From: Chrysomallon squamiferum
Taxonomy: Eukaryota > Animalia > Mollusca
Assembly: GCA_012295275.1 (NCBI GenBank)
Contig: CM022670.1
Location: 3,534,001-3,598,000 of the forward strand
Direction of reading: 5' to 3'
Length of the DNA stretch: 64,000 nucleotides
The notes under the pieces: generated by a model
The model's input: only the letters and a program-made list of their open reading frames with translations
Database searches by the model: none
What the model was told of the DNA's origin: nothing
Part shown: positions 1-14,135 of the stretch, piece by piece
Numbering within the stretch: the stretch's first letter is position 1
Layout of the letters: every line of letters begins with the position of its first letter
Program-made: the position numbers and the translations under genes

Positions 1-454
1 TGGTAATTTGAGATGATGATGTATCTCTGGTTATCAGGGGGAGAAAAAAAGTTTTTGTGTTGTTGGGCATCCATCTTAAATATATTTGTCTCTGTATAAC
101 ACTATACTTATATTAAACCTATAGTACATTCAATATTATAATTCTCTTTATTTGATAAGAATAGCACTGTTTGTGTCGGAATATGATTTGGACGCAGTAA
201 ATAAAGGAGCCCGTGTTATAAGCATGGCAACTGAATTCCTTAATGTCGTGCCCATATCGTGAAAAAGCACTCAGAAACATTTAGCTACACTTATGAAAGG
301 AAAGGTCGTTTTCACAGTCCTAGTTTCCACAGTGTTCTGCAATTTGAAGACGAAAATGAAAAAAAATTAATAAATATTTTTATCACAACTCAGTGCATAC
401 TTATTATTATCAAAATATTAGGTGTCTGTAATTTGTTTTTATATAGTGATGATT

Positions 455-640
455 TTATGAGAGAGAAAACGTAGGCGACCATTCCCAGTATCTACTGTTA
501 CTGATTTAGCAGAAAGAAGAATTTTATGTGTTCCTTTACAGAGGGAAGGAGTAACTCATACTTAGGTTTACTGTTGAGTGCTGGGAGACAGACTGAAATG
601 GGAAACAGTCCAACGAACGCATTCAACCAGAGCTCAGATT
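455..640 (-). mobile_element. Old SINE fragment, same family
   Basis: gagagaaaac...gatttagcagaaag...ttttat similar to the copies at 21600 and 49910. Confidence 0.35.
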
Positions 641-1149
641 ATCACTGACAGAGTCTACTGTATTGGCGTAATAACCATCCTTGCCATCGTCTTCTTTTAA
701 ACATTTACGAATAAATAGAAAAGCTGTGAAAATAAAATACTGGTGTTAATAAAGAATCTCTGCATCTTTCAGTTTCAATCTTTAGACCTCTCTAAAAAGT
801 ATCTTAATGTTCAGAACGATTTGTTTTGTTATCCGCAGTATACGGCGATGTACTAAACGATCTTTGGAATGAAATTTTAACACTCGGTGAAATAAATAAT
901 CAACCCACACCGGCGACATTCCTTCACGCCACACACTCAGACCGTTGTACTTAACTGCAGGTATAAAATGCAGGTTAATCAATTATATAAAAATTCCTGA
1001 GGAAATTTAATCTAATCCTGATTGCGAGCAAGTTTCAATTAATGTGCAATTGCACCAAGTTTATTTTTAAAATACATGTACAGTTGAAGGTTTTGTAACA
1101 AGATCTGTACACGAGGGTCGTATAACTCTATACAAAACTTGTCGTCTTT

Positions 1150-1290
1150 CGTGTGATGTGACCCGAGTTCAGTCCTCCTCGGTGGGCCCAGAGCAGTGAC
1201 CCGTGTCACGTGTGTTAAAGGTCGTGGTATGTGTTTTCCTGTCTTTGGAAATATGCATGTAGTATCTCCGTCGTGCTAACTGACATTAGA
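1150..1290 (+). mobile_element. Old tRNA-derived SINE fragment (MESC/Meta-like core)
   Basis: aaaggtcgtggtatgtgttttcctgtctttggaa resembles the molluscan MESC/Meta SINE core (from memory); related copies elsewhere in the window. Confidence 0.5.
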
Positions 1291-1822
1291 GAGATACGGG
1301 GTTAATTACTACTACTAAGACATCTTCGAAAACTTCGTTTATTCATTCAAAATGACTAAATATTTGTAAATCTGGTTTAATGGCATCTTTACAATAGTTC
1401 CAACAAATGTTAGCTGTAGTTTAAATAAATGGTTAAAAGTTTATATAAACAGTGGAAAGTCAATATTCTGATATTTTTTTTTTTTTTTTACGAAGTTTGT
1501 TTGTACAAGATATGTAAAACATGCACATGTTTACAGTTTATTTTGATTTTTTTTTTTTTACTATCATCTTCGTCTTGTTTACTTAATTTTTCTTAGTATA
1601 ATTTTTTTTTTTTTTTTTTTTTTTTTTTCTGTTTTACATTTTTCATATTTTTCATTCTTTCTTGCGTTAATTTTTCTTTCTTTCCTTTTTTCTGGTTTCT
1701 TTGCAATTTCTTATAAATTTTCTTTCTTTCTTTCATATTTTTAAAAAAAATTCTTATTTGCTGGTGCACATGCATACATGCATGTAATTATAAATACATA
1801 CATTCAAACACCCACCCACCCG

Positions 1823-1826
<4 letters not shown>

Positions 1827-1878
<52 letters not shown>
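1827..1878. repeat. (CA)n microsatellite
   Basis: Direct reading. Confidence 0.95.
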
Positions 1879-1882
<4 letters not shown>

Positions 1883-2485
1883 GACACGAAACCACACGCA
1901 GACACACACCTGCATTTGCTTTTTTTCCCCCTCTGTGTCTTTTTTCTTTCCCCCCCCAAAAAAATTACTTTTTATCCTGTTCTTATTTATTATTGTTACG
2001 TAACCCTCACGAACACAAACAGATATTAAATGAACGCTTTGAACTGAAAGTCCTCCGTGCACGTGCGGGTAAAACTGGGCGACGTCGGTGTGCGGTATCG
2101 GCACCTGACACGACTGCAGATACGTCTTTGACGTTTTGGCAAGAAACTGCTCTTCAGCAACGTCACTCTGCAGAAAATTAAAAACCAAACGTCAACATTC
2201 GGCTAAGTTGTGCAATAACATTTTTGTTTTCTTTGAGAATCGTGTATCTGCAGATTTAATCAGGCGAAATTTGTGTACACTCTGCTCGATTTCTGTTTTG
2301 GTTATGCGAAATTTTTTTTTTTTTTTTACTTTTTTTTTCGGTATCTGTTTTGACTGAAAGTTTGATTTTTTTTTTCTTTCTTTCGTTTCTTCTTGTTTGG
2401 TTGTTAATTTATAGCCCGTGTCCCGATCGGTGGTTTTCGGTTACTTGTCGCTTTTCTTCTTCTTCTTTTTTTTCTTTGTTGCTAG

Positions 2486-2511
2486 ATGATAACACGATTA
2501 ATTCATCTGCG
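2486..2511 (+). other. Candidate first coding segment of long PVF isoform (MITRLIHL-R)
   Basis: ATG at 2486, phase-2 donor CG|GTATGG; preceded by a strong pyrimidine tract plus AG and a CpG-rich region. Confidence 0.35.
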
Positions 2512-3995
2512 GTATGGTACAAGTATCTACTTCTCAACATCTCATAAATTTCATAGTCTTCCTCTACTTTTCCCCCTATCCCTTTCTCTTTCTTTCATTC
2601 TTTCATTCTATCTCTCTGCTGAAAGGGTGGATTCATTGTATTAATTAATATAAATCCGCAACATTTATTGAAAAAACGTTGTTTAACATTTTGTCCTGTG
2701 TGTAAATATGTGTCTTTGTGCAAGTTGAAAAGACAGATACATATACTTGTAATTCACCATGAACGATACCACTTGAAAAAAACACAGAAGAAAAAAAGAT
2801 CAAGTCTGGGCTACAAGTGTCGTTGCCCTCCTATCGCAATAAACTTGAAGTGATCTTGTACAGAGAAAGCTGCTGAAGTGTAAATGACTCCAAGGGAAGG
2901 GATTTTATGTTCTGCTTGGAATTTTTAGCTGTCAACGTTTTATTTGAAAGGCTAAAGGCAAATATGAAAACTATTATGTACACGGTTACTGAAAAGAGCC
3001 CCTTTGCAAAATGTTCTTGACATAAATGTCAAGATTTTATTTAACAGGAAGATATATATGTATATATATATATTTATATATATATACTGTGCAGGTGGGG
3101 CTTGAAAAGTGAAATAACCAAAGGTTGTTTAATTTTAGCTTTTTACAAAATGATTTTTAACGTAAATAATTTTAAATGTTATTTATATGTGTTTTGGATT
3201 AATTTTGGTGTAATATTAGTGGCGTGTATTTGGTCATAGTAGTTCCTACTAATTCCAATTATTTTATTTTCGGTAATCTGATATTTTCGTAATGCAAGTT
3301 TTTTTATTATTCATTTGGATTCAGTTATGTCGTCACGCAAACATTATCATCATCATCGTTTAATTAGATCAGGTGCTAACACATTACCGTGTAATTAAGT
3401 ATAACTTTATATCAAGCTGCAAACTAATAATTGTTTAATTTAACGTTTATTAATGTATAACTATTACGTAAGCGTTTAAGTTCATCTAAACTCCACGACT
3501 TAAAATTAATTATCACTAGATTTAGGTCATATATTAACACAGTTATCTATGTTCATGTCATGGCTAAAATAGCCTCCCAACTCTTTCTTTCTCTGCTCCT
3601 GATTCAAATTCCAGATCATGCAGATGTCTAAGTAAAATTTCACCTTAAAAAGCTGAGTGGTATCTTTATTACTAGATTATTGCGTAGTTAGTCATTTACA
3701 CACAGGGAGAACGTCTAGGTTAACACCGGTGGGAGTAATCGTAGTGAAAAAATTAATCCGCGGGCATATACCTGTTTGACCCGGCGTCTCACCCAGTGAC
3801 CCACATTGCTGTTGGTAAATGTGTCGAATAACAACCAACTCCCTGCTGCTAGAGACTGAGAGAGGGGAAAGAAAAAAAAAAAGAGAGTCTGAGGGCAAAC
3901 AAGTGCTAATAGCCGTCACAACACTTGTCTGTTTCCTTATCGCTGGCTTTTTTTAAAGTCCGCCATTTTCCCATCACGTCCATCGCCGCGTAATT

Positions 3996-3998
<3 letters not shown>

Positions 3999-4058
<60 letters not shown>
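3999..4058. repeat. (GA)n microsatellite
   Basis: Direct reading. Confidence 0.95.
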
Positions 4059-4060
<2 letters not shown>

Positions 4061-4369
4061 ATAAAAAAAACTTAACTGTTAAACCGAATAAGATGCTAAA
4101 CTCTGTAATCAGTTATTTCCATCTTGCTAATTTGCTGAGTGGTGCGTTTAATGCGTTCTAAATTGTGTTTTCGTGTTCTTATTTACGTTACAAGGCAAAA
4201 CACATTTATTACCTTCAGCAAAGACAAATGGCTAATATGCGGTGTGGTTTTGGGGGGGATTTGCTTTGTTATTTTTCGCCATAATTTATTTTCCGTCTTT
4301 CATCATCATTCATTTATTCATTCATTCATTCATTCATTCTCTCTCTATATACATACATACATACATACA

Positions 4370-4405
<36 letters not shown>

Positions 4406-4980
4406 CACACATGAGTGTATGTTTTAAACTGACTTGTCTGAGATTAAATCGACTATTTTGACTGGGAAACTAGCATTAATTTAAAAAAAAAAAAATTAAA
4501 AAAAGTATGAATAACTAGCGGAGTAGTAATAACAGTAATAAGAAGTTGAAAAAGAAATAGCGAGTAAACAAGTTTCTGGTGAATGACATTTATGTGTATT
4601 ATTCTGTCTCATGACTGCAGCGCAGTTAACACAATACGACAGCGAGTTTCGGGTGTGGGTGCAATCCATTACACTCGACTGACTCATCACTAAGCAGATA
4701 TACACCTCCCTCTTTATAGTGATGCAATAATACAGGTAAATGTTTATACTGAGGAAAACTTATTATTTTCAGTGTGAAAATTTCACTTAAGTAAAACCTG
4801 CATTGATGAAAAACTGTTTTGTAAATAGCCTTCAACCTCTACGATTAGAAATTTCTGATGTTTTCTAATGTGCCGTCCAATTGACTTCTGCTTAATACCT
4901 TTCAAAGTTTACCCCGAATACTGTTCCTTGTTACAATGTTAGAAAAAAGCTAATTCAAGAGAGTTAAATCAATTATTTTA

Positions 4981-5014
<34 letters not shown>

Positions 5015-6671
5015 CGGTTTTAAAAGAAATGGTGTGAAGGGAGAACAGACGATAGGAAAATATATATAATGAAATGAACTCATTCTCAAAATATGTTATT
5101 CTATTTGTTATTGTATTCTTCAAGGACCTCCTTAGAGATATACAAAAAATAAAAATAAAAAATATTTTATATATTCAGCGATTCATTATTTATTTTATTT
5201 TTATTCCATTTATAAAGAACACAAGGGACTGAATTTTAAAAATAAAAGAAATAATAATAATAATTAAGAAAGAAAAAGAACAAACACAAATAAATACAAA
5301 TGATAACTAATAAATGTTAGAGGTAAAGATCCGTGATTGAGTAATAATTTTAGGACATACAAATTAAAGATCTAAATCAGTTGAGTTTCAGCTAAATGTA
5401 CACATAATGTATTTTTATTTTTTATTTTTTATTTTTTTTTAATTCTATAAGATGTAAAAGAGTATTAACAAAAACAAGTTACCCATCCATGCATACGTCC
5501 GTGTTTCCATAAAAACTAAAAAACATTTCCAGATTGCGTCATTCACGTAACTGGGATTGGGTTCGTATTTAACTTTTCTTTCCCTGTCCTTTTATTAATC
5601 TCCTTTCTAGAAAATTCTTTCAGGTTTTGAGATTTATAACTTTTCGTGACGTTATAAACTATTTGTGAGAGGAGAGGAAGTCAACACAGTTTATTTCTGA
5701 TACGAAGTGAAACTGCCGTGGGTAAAAGCAAGAGAATCTCAGAGGAAATCTGCGATTATTAATTAACATTAGACTTTGTTTCCAAACTTTCTCTCATGTT
5801 GCAGCTGGGAAAACAGGCGAGGGCTTGGACCCGCCTGCCCCAAACTATTTATTAATCTTGATAGTGTGAGCAGACTTTAGTACAGTCGTTTACGTTCTCA
5901 CAAAAGCTGTGAAAGTTGCGGAAAGTCGAGATCTGCGATCCCACGACATTTGTGCGCGTTTCCGTGGGTCAGGACACGTGACGTTTGTTGCGTAACAGAT
6001 CTGACAGAAGGCGCGAACTCAGAAATTTTAATGTCAACACAACGTGTTTTCAAAAGAGATGTTTTAAAATATTTACTGCAGTCTTCCTTAACACGCCTGG
6101 TCCTAATTTTGATGTATTTGCTCAGCCTTTACGAAGTAAAAGGCAAACGTGTGCATGAATGCACTTGTCTTAATATGTGTGACCTTTTATATACATACAA
6201 AAAAAAGTCTCTCTCTCTGTCTCTCTGTCTCTCTTTGTTTCAGTTTCTCTGCCACCCATTTCTGATAAGGTTATTATTGATTTTGTTTGTTTAGTTATTG
6301 TTTATTTATTTCTCAACTTTCTTTAAACAAACGTTTTGAACAGCAAATTACAACAAATAACAGTGGCTGTATTATCTACAGTAGGAAACGAGTAGAACGC
6401 CAAATACACACCTAGACTGAGGCAGACAGCGTACGTGCTTACGTCACTGAATGAACTGTTGCCTATATTATTATCATTCTGAACAAATATCATGACTGAG
6501 ATACCAAGAGCTTTAGATTAGAAAAGGTTGTAATTATGATAGTATCCACTTACCGTGTTCTTCAGATATCAAAGAAAGATTGTGTAAAGAAAATGTAGTG
6601 CGCCGGTGAAAGGATGAAGTAAAATAATACAAGATAAGAATGGCGGCAGATTATACATCATTTATTCGCTA

Positions 6672-6674
<3 letters not shown>

Positions 6675-6747
<73 letters not shown>
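6675..6747. repeat. (CT)n microsatellite
   Basis: Direct reading. Confidence 0.95.
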
Positions 6748-6749
<2 letters not shown>

Positions 6750-7377
6750 GCACATGCACACGCACGCACACACACAATCACACATCTAAAACCATTCGAT
6801 GTCTAATTATTTTTGCGTAAAGTAATGCTACACACAAATTTCACAGCTGTTTTGCTTCAGTCTCATCCGTGCATTCAGTAATGGCCTGTTACCGCACTGT
6901 TAATATGAGAAACGGTTTTGTTATAAATTTTCGCACCTTCCCACACTGACAGATTCGAAATAGATTGCACTAGAAGAGAACAGGAGGTATTGTTCTGCCA
7001 GAAATGAAAGTAATAAAAAGTTCATCAGTATCAGGACCTCTCCTTAGGAATCGTTTTCTTTGAACCGTTCTGGTTTCAGAGTACTTGCACAGATGTACCA
7101 CGTAATAGGCAAATATATATTGTTGTTGTTTTGTTGGGGTTTCTTCTTTTGTTTTGTTGTTGTTGTTTTTGTTTGTTTTCTTCAAGTGTATAATCCATTA
7201 TATAAATAAATATTAGGCATAAAACCAATTACCAAATTAGGTAATTAGAAAAATGGTTAAAACATAACTGGAAGTGGGCTGAATATATTCTTAACATTTA
7301 GTGTCATTTTAAAACGTATTACGTCAATCATGTTGAAGGCTGTTATTTTATTTATATGCTTATCCTGTTCTTTTGTG

Positions 7378-7421
<44 letters not shown>

Positions 7422-8512
7422 GGTGAGGAATGTATGTATGTATGTATGTATGTCTGTATATTTGTACATAAATTTACATGTAAATGGACGCATCTGCTGC
7501 AAGTGTACGTAATGAAACAGGCAGAGAAAGAGCGACAGAAAAACTGGAGGACAGAACAGAGATGAAAATGGCGGTGTATAGGTGAACTTTATTAAATCTG
7601 ATTGTGTTGAGACGTGTGAAGGAATCTGTTACGATCTACCTGTCTACGATAATCACGTTAAGACTACCGCTGAGTCATTTTTACTCATCTGTTTTGAAAA
7701 CACGATATCTGTAAGAAACAACAATGTGTACAAGCTGTGGGTGTCAACCATTGATGATATATATTTTTTCTTCTTCTTCTTCAGTGTAGTGCATATATAC
7801 AGAGAGATATTATAGTTTATTAACATTTAATCACGCATGGATACTTGCATCATAAGAGTAAAAATGACATTGCAAAAAAAAAAAAAAAAAAAAAAAGATT
7901 TAAAAATGAAAAAAAAAATCTTAAAATCCCCCGCAGCGACAGAAACAGTTAAAAAGTGATAATTTGGTTTTATGAACTCGATAGAGTTTAATAGCTGAAA
8001 CTTAATGTGGCTGTCTGTGTCAGTGTTTGTGTGCATACCTGTGTGTGAGAAATGAGTGGAGAGAAAGATAGAGGCAGAAAGAGATAAAAAAAAAGAAAAA
8101 AAAAAAAAAAAGACATCGCGGAGAAAAGGATACAAATTGCATATGAAGCAGAAACCGAGGTTATCATCATTTTTAAGCCACAATATTTTCAGCCATGTGT
8201 GAAAATTCTGTATTTACAGTAACTGTATACTGTTTGTGTGTAACGTAGACACATTACTTTGTTTAAGCCCTGCACTATTTTTGTTTTGTGTGACTAGATG
8301 TAGATATCTACATGACTTGTAACAAATACCCAGGTGGCGTGATTCAGGGCTGAACTATGCATGTTCACACTACTTCCATTTTTTATTTCTTAAATAGCGA
8401 TTTGGTTTCTGGTTCTTTTGAAATTGGTCTCTTTTTTTTTTCTTTTTTTTTTTGCTTTAGATATGTCTTTCTTTACTGCTCTCTTAAAGGTTTTCTTTTC
8501 TTCTCTTTTCAT

Positions 8513-8575
<63 letters not shown>

Positions 8576-8960
8576 TTATATATATATTTATTTATTATAT
8601 ATATATATATATATTATTTATTTATATTTTATTTTGATAGCTTTCATTTCTATCTTGAGGTTGTTGTTGTTCCTACCATGTTTAGGTGGTGGTGTTTTTT
8701 TCGTCCTGATCGGGTAGTTTTTTTGTTGTTATTTTATTATAGTTTTATGCATTTTACAAATAAAACATATTCATTTGGAGATTTCATTTTATTAACATCT
8801 TAATTAAAGATTATAATTTTATATTGTTCCATTTTATTGTATATATGTGTAACACATCTATTAGATTCAGTCTGTGTCCCGCGCTGTCTGTCCCTGTTTT
8901 TGCCTCTCTCTCTCTGTCTCTGTTTTTGCCTCTCTCTCTGTCTCTCTATCTTTATCTATG

Positions 8961-9061
<101 letters not shown>

Positions 9062-10083
9062 GTCTCTGTTTGTCTGTGTTTCTGTCTCTTTATATGTATG
9101 TTTCAGTATCCTTCATTGCTGCCATTACAGATAACGAGTTATCCGGTTACGAACAAAACAAAAACTCAATTACCACACTATCTCCCGATTGCGTTGTTTT
9201 CATGCTTTAATCTTACCTTCTTGGCACCAAATAATAAGAGAAGCGACGCTAGCATTTTATTAAATTTTTTATTTGAAATCCACTTTTCAAGGCCAATTAG
9301 AGGGAAAATCTGGACTGAATAACAGTTTGGCCGTTCTTCGTGTCACACAGACGCGCAGATAAAAACTACTACACAACCCAAAACTGCTGGCAAACACCGC
9401 TAATCTCCAATCACTGTTCTCCATCAAAATGTCTGCGTGTTCTTTTGAAACGTTTTATCTGGTCGCAGCGGGCATCATATTAGCAGATAATGTAACAAAA
9501 CGTAGATAGAGGTAAGATAGACCATTAGACAAAAAGTTTCTAAACTCTGTCATGGCTGTATCGGTTTCGATTGCGAGTCGGGGAAGAGTTCAGGTAGGAA
9601 ACATTTAATCTCTGTTTACAAAAAAAAGAAAAAAGAGCATTTCTGAGTTTGATAATATCGAATTCTTTTATTATTATTATTATAATTATTATCAATTTTT
9701 AGAGTTTTAAATGTAGCATAAAGCATGAACCGTGAACTTTAATTTAGTGATCTCTTTATGATTCCAAAAGTTAATTGTCAGGGAATTGAAAGTTAACAAT
9801 GAAAGTTAATGTTATCAAAAAAAAAAAAAAAAAAAGGATTTGTTATCAATGTTTCATATTATTTTTGACAGTTAATAGCCCATTGTTTTTATCTTTGCTT
9901 TTGTGTCAAGTAGTGTCAAGTTTATTAATTCGTTCAAAATATCGAAATTAAATCTGTTTTTGTCTCTGTCGAGTTCATTTGTCTGTGTGAAAACAGGAAT
10001 CGTATTCAAGCCTTGTTAAATCAGAAAATTCTCTGTGTTACAGTAATTCTAGGATTATATGCAAAGCATTGGAGTGAGTCATG

Positions 10084-10126
<43 letters not shown>

Positions 10127-10850
10127 TTGCACTCAATACATATTCAATTTTCACCATAAACTCATTTTGCAAGACGATACATTTCATTAATATTTTGAAA
10201 AAAATATAAACACACTGAATTTATTACCATTTTGCAAAATGAATATTTGAATATTTGACTTTCAATATGAATATTTGACTTTCAGAATTAGTTTTCGTAT
10301 AAACGGGCACATGATTTACATTTAAGGAAATAGCACTTAGAAAGAGATTTTATCTATTCTAAAACGTATTCTACATTTCATAAATTTTAAAGTTACTCTT
10401 TGAAGACAGAAAAATTAGAGTTCATAACACTAAGGGGCCGCTGTTGTCGTTACAGCGTGAAGACGGCAACCACGAGGTCGTTTACACAGAAATCAGATGT
10501 TCCTTCTTCTTCTGGTTTTCTAATTTTTAAATATTTACTAGACAGTCCAAAATGTAACATTTCAACAACATGGCACGTTTTTTACAGCAGTGGTCTTCAA
10601 TATTCGAAAGACGTGACAAACATAAAATAAAAAATTACTAGAGTGGAAACGTGACAATTTAACTTTTAAAAAAAAAAAAAAAAAAAAATGGAATAAAATC
10701 ACGTTCATTTTGAAAAATTCGTAAATTCACGGAATACTTCTGCTGAGAATTCTAGATGGAGATAAAAGAGTTTAATAATCAGCTGCCTGAGAATACGCGC
10801 ATTCTTCACACGTGATTTTTAAAAAAGAATTTCACAGACTTAAACAATTT

Positions 10851-10881
<31 letters not shown>

Positions 10882-11063
10882 TTTACATCTACTTATGGAG
10901 TTTATTGCCGTTTGAAATACATTTGTTTGTGGAATTCACGTCTTTGAACATTCGTTTGAAAATGCACGTAGACATGGAATTAATTATACGTGAACATCTG
11001 GATATTTGTTTATGTATCTGCCTCTGGCTTCTCCTTGCGTCACTTAACAGAAAGACAGAAAAC

Positions 11064-11105
<42 letters not shown>

Positions 11106-11572
11106 GGGTAAATGTCTGTCAATGTCATTAAGGCATTGTATTGTATACTAGTGCTGGCACTGCTATTTGGGAATGCCATGTAATAATAGATAAGTGGGTG
11201 GTCCAGCGTAAAAATGGATGAGGTATCGTCAGTTTGTAAATGTAAATCGTAAGTAACATCTCGTGGTATTGTGATCTGTGCTGCTGTAGTTCTGTGTATT
11301 TAGTGTCAGTGTAATTTGTGTTCGGAGATTTAATTAAAACATGTAAATGTAGTTTGTCTCCCACGTGAGTTAAATGGAGCAGATTTTATTTCAGTTGAGA
11401 TGTAATTCAAAATGAGACTCTGTGAAGGTTTATTATGTTAATTAATAGTTGTATTATGTAAATTAATTTGTAGTTTGTATTTCTGTGGTCTCGTGTGTGT
11501 GTGTGTTGGCAGAGAGATAGAGAAAGATAGATAGAGAGAGAGAGACAGAGAGAGATATATACTTTTTTCTAT

Positions 11573-11613
<41 letters not shown>

Positions 11614-12077
11614 TATTATTATTATTATTATCTATTCACTTAACTTCACCTGTGGTTAGACAAACCTAAATTAATTTTCACGTCTTTGCGATTGTTTTGT
11701 TTACGAAATATACGACAAAAATATAAACAATGATCTGCAACTCATTGTGATGGTGTTGTATTTATTTCCTTTGTACTTTACATCCTCTAACAGCTTTGAG
11801 TTTTTCTTTGTTTTGGGGGGTTGTCTTGTTGTTTGTGTCTTTTTTTTAAAATTATGTTCATCTTTCTGTAAATCGTGACGTCACGAACAGACTTAAGTTA
11901 TTGTTAGTGAAGACTGGCAATCGAAAAAAAAAAAAAAAAAAAAAAAACGGTCATTATGAAGTATCCAAAATTCAGACACACAAGAATTTAAAAATTTAGG
12001 TACAAGTATTTAAAATTTTTATTTATTTAAAATTAACTCATGTTTTAAAATTAACTCATGTTTTTAAATTTGCGTAG

Positions 12078-12161
12078 GCCTGGCGGTGGGAGAAGAAGAT
12101 GTCGATCGACTCCAACCTACGACTCAGATGATGACAGCTGTTTGAGATGCAGGTACACCAG
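12078..12161 (+). other. Candidate upstream exon of PVF (5'UTR or coding extension)
   Basis: GC-rich 84-nt island bounded by tttgcgtag| and CAG|GTTAGT; its only open frame is in phase with the PVF ORF. Confidence 0.5.
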
Positions 12162-13974
12162 GTTAGTCGTAGCTAAAACAAATTCCTGTTCCAACCTGTA
12201 CTTCACGACCATTTTAATAATCTTTCCTGTTTATGGGAAGGTGCTTATATATGAAAACTTTATGGTGATCGATAAAAAAAAAAAAAAAAAAAAACGACTT
12301 TTAACTATTAAAACATTAATATCTTTAATAAATATTCGTTATTTCATCCGTAAATGATGTAACATTTCTTAAAAAGTTTATACAAGAGATAAACAAAGGA
12401 TGAAAAAAACAACAAAAAAACAACAACAAAACAATGAAACAAAAATAAAAAGGAAAATGAAGGAAGGATAAAAGGAAAAACAACGAAAAACAGAAAGAAT
12501 GAGTAAACGCAGAAGCTTAGAAGAGAGAATGAAAGAATGACTAGTCTGACAATTAATACAAAAAAAAAAAAAAAAAAAAAAAACTCCCTGCTATTTGAAC
12601 AAAAATTCATCAAAATCTTAATAAGCTTAGAAACTTTGTCAAACAGAATAACTAATAGAGATACCAAAAGGTCATAAAATAGGTCCACTATTTTATATCT
12701 ACGATGTTTTCTCCTCTTTACTGCTTGCATGCTTCTAGGCAAGGAACTTCAAATGTTTGACATCTCTAAAATAATAATAAATAAAAAAGATAGCATTTAT
12801 CTGTTTTCCGTCATGATAATCGGAAAGAGAAAAAGCGCAGACTTTAATTGGTTAAACTTCAAAGAAATGGATGTTGTTGTTTTTTTATTACAAGCGCTTA
12901 CATTAATCACGATTTTACGGTGATAACAGATCTGTCAACGGACAGTGGCTGGAACGGGAAATAACAACATCGAGGAAACGTGATCTTGCAGCTAATTTAA
13001 TATTTTGTGGTCACTTGGTTTATACATTAATATAAATGTACACAGATTTTGCGACGTACGAATTAAATTAAACTTTCTTTCTTTCTTTTTTTCTTTCTTT
13101 TTACCTTTTTTTCTTTTATATATTGGGTGTTTCTTTAATTTGTTTAATGCTTGGCAGTTCTGTGTCTATTTTTTTATTTTTTCATTCATTAATTCTTTCT
13201 TTCTTTCTTTCATTCATCCTCCCACCCCATCACATCGATTGAGCTGTGACTGTTCTTTCAATCATCTGTCTAACCAGCACAATCTGTTTCCTTCGCGTTA
13301 TCAGTGAAACAAATTCTGTTATCGCATGCTTCCTGTCATCAAATATTTCAAAATATTTAACATAAAGCTGCTGAACCGCGATACGGGATCAGAAAACTTA
13401 TCTTCAGATTTACAGATACCGGTTACACTCATGTGCAGTAGAATAAATATTTAAAATAATTAAAAAACATTTTCTTTAGCTGATAGCATTCAATAATAAA
13501 CATCGAGCTGGTCTGTGAAACGATTCTTGAAGCCGATTTTGAAAGAAGTTTATTTTGCGATTTGTTTTGATGCCCTTTCTCCCAGCTGTTGAGAACGTGA
13601 TGTGAGTAGCCCAGTGGTTAGGTCGCAGGATCAAACCGTTCAGGTGTCCCCACTGGAGTTTTACCCATTATAGCCTCAGCAGAATTTTTTTATAAGCTAA
13701 CCAAGCTGCAGTCTTTGTCTTGCGGTCTGAAAGGTCCTCATTTCACTAGTTTCAAAGCTCTGTTAACTGCTAACCTCGCAAAGTCCAAATCAGTCCCTGA
13801 TTACTACCAGTGGTTCATCATTTGTTTATAAAAAGTCAGTGATATGTGCTCACCTGTTTATGAATGTGCACGGATAGAGATTCTTTAAGTGCTTATTAAG
13901 TTTCAAAAATAATAATAATTATTATTATAATTTTTAATTTTTTAAATTTTTAAAAAAAAAAAATCTGATAAAAA

Positions 13975-14135
13975 CCAGCTGTCACGTTGGCAGTTCTTAT
14001 CAGCTACCAGCAAGGAATATTTAATACGTGCCTTTCTATGACAAGAAGACACGTTTGATAAACCTGCCATACTGTACTGGCTTGAACGAGAGAAAACACG
14101 ATGCCTACACTGAGCAGTTTTGATCCTGCAATCCT
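13975..14135 (-). mobile_element. Old SINE fragment, same family
   Basis: cagcaaggaatatttaata...actggcttgaacgagagaaa. Confidence 0.4.

Noticed and set aside
6432-6446. TACGTGCT HRE next to TTACGTCA, and other TACGTG hits
   Set aside because: Hexamer occurrence is not evidently above chance over 20 kb
10240-10285. Short tandem duplications (also 12026-12068 and 40967-41008)
   Set aside because: Ordinary slippage duplications of 17-22 bp
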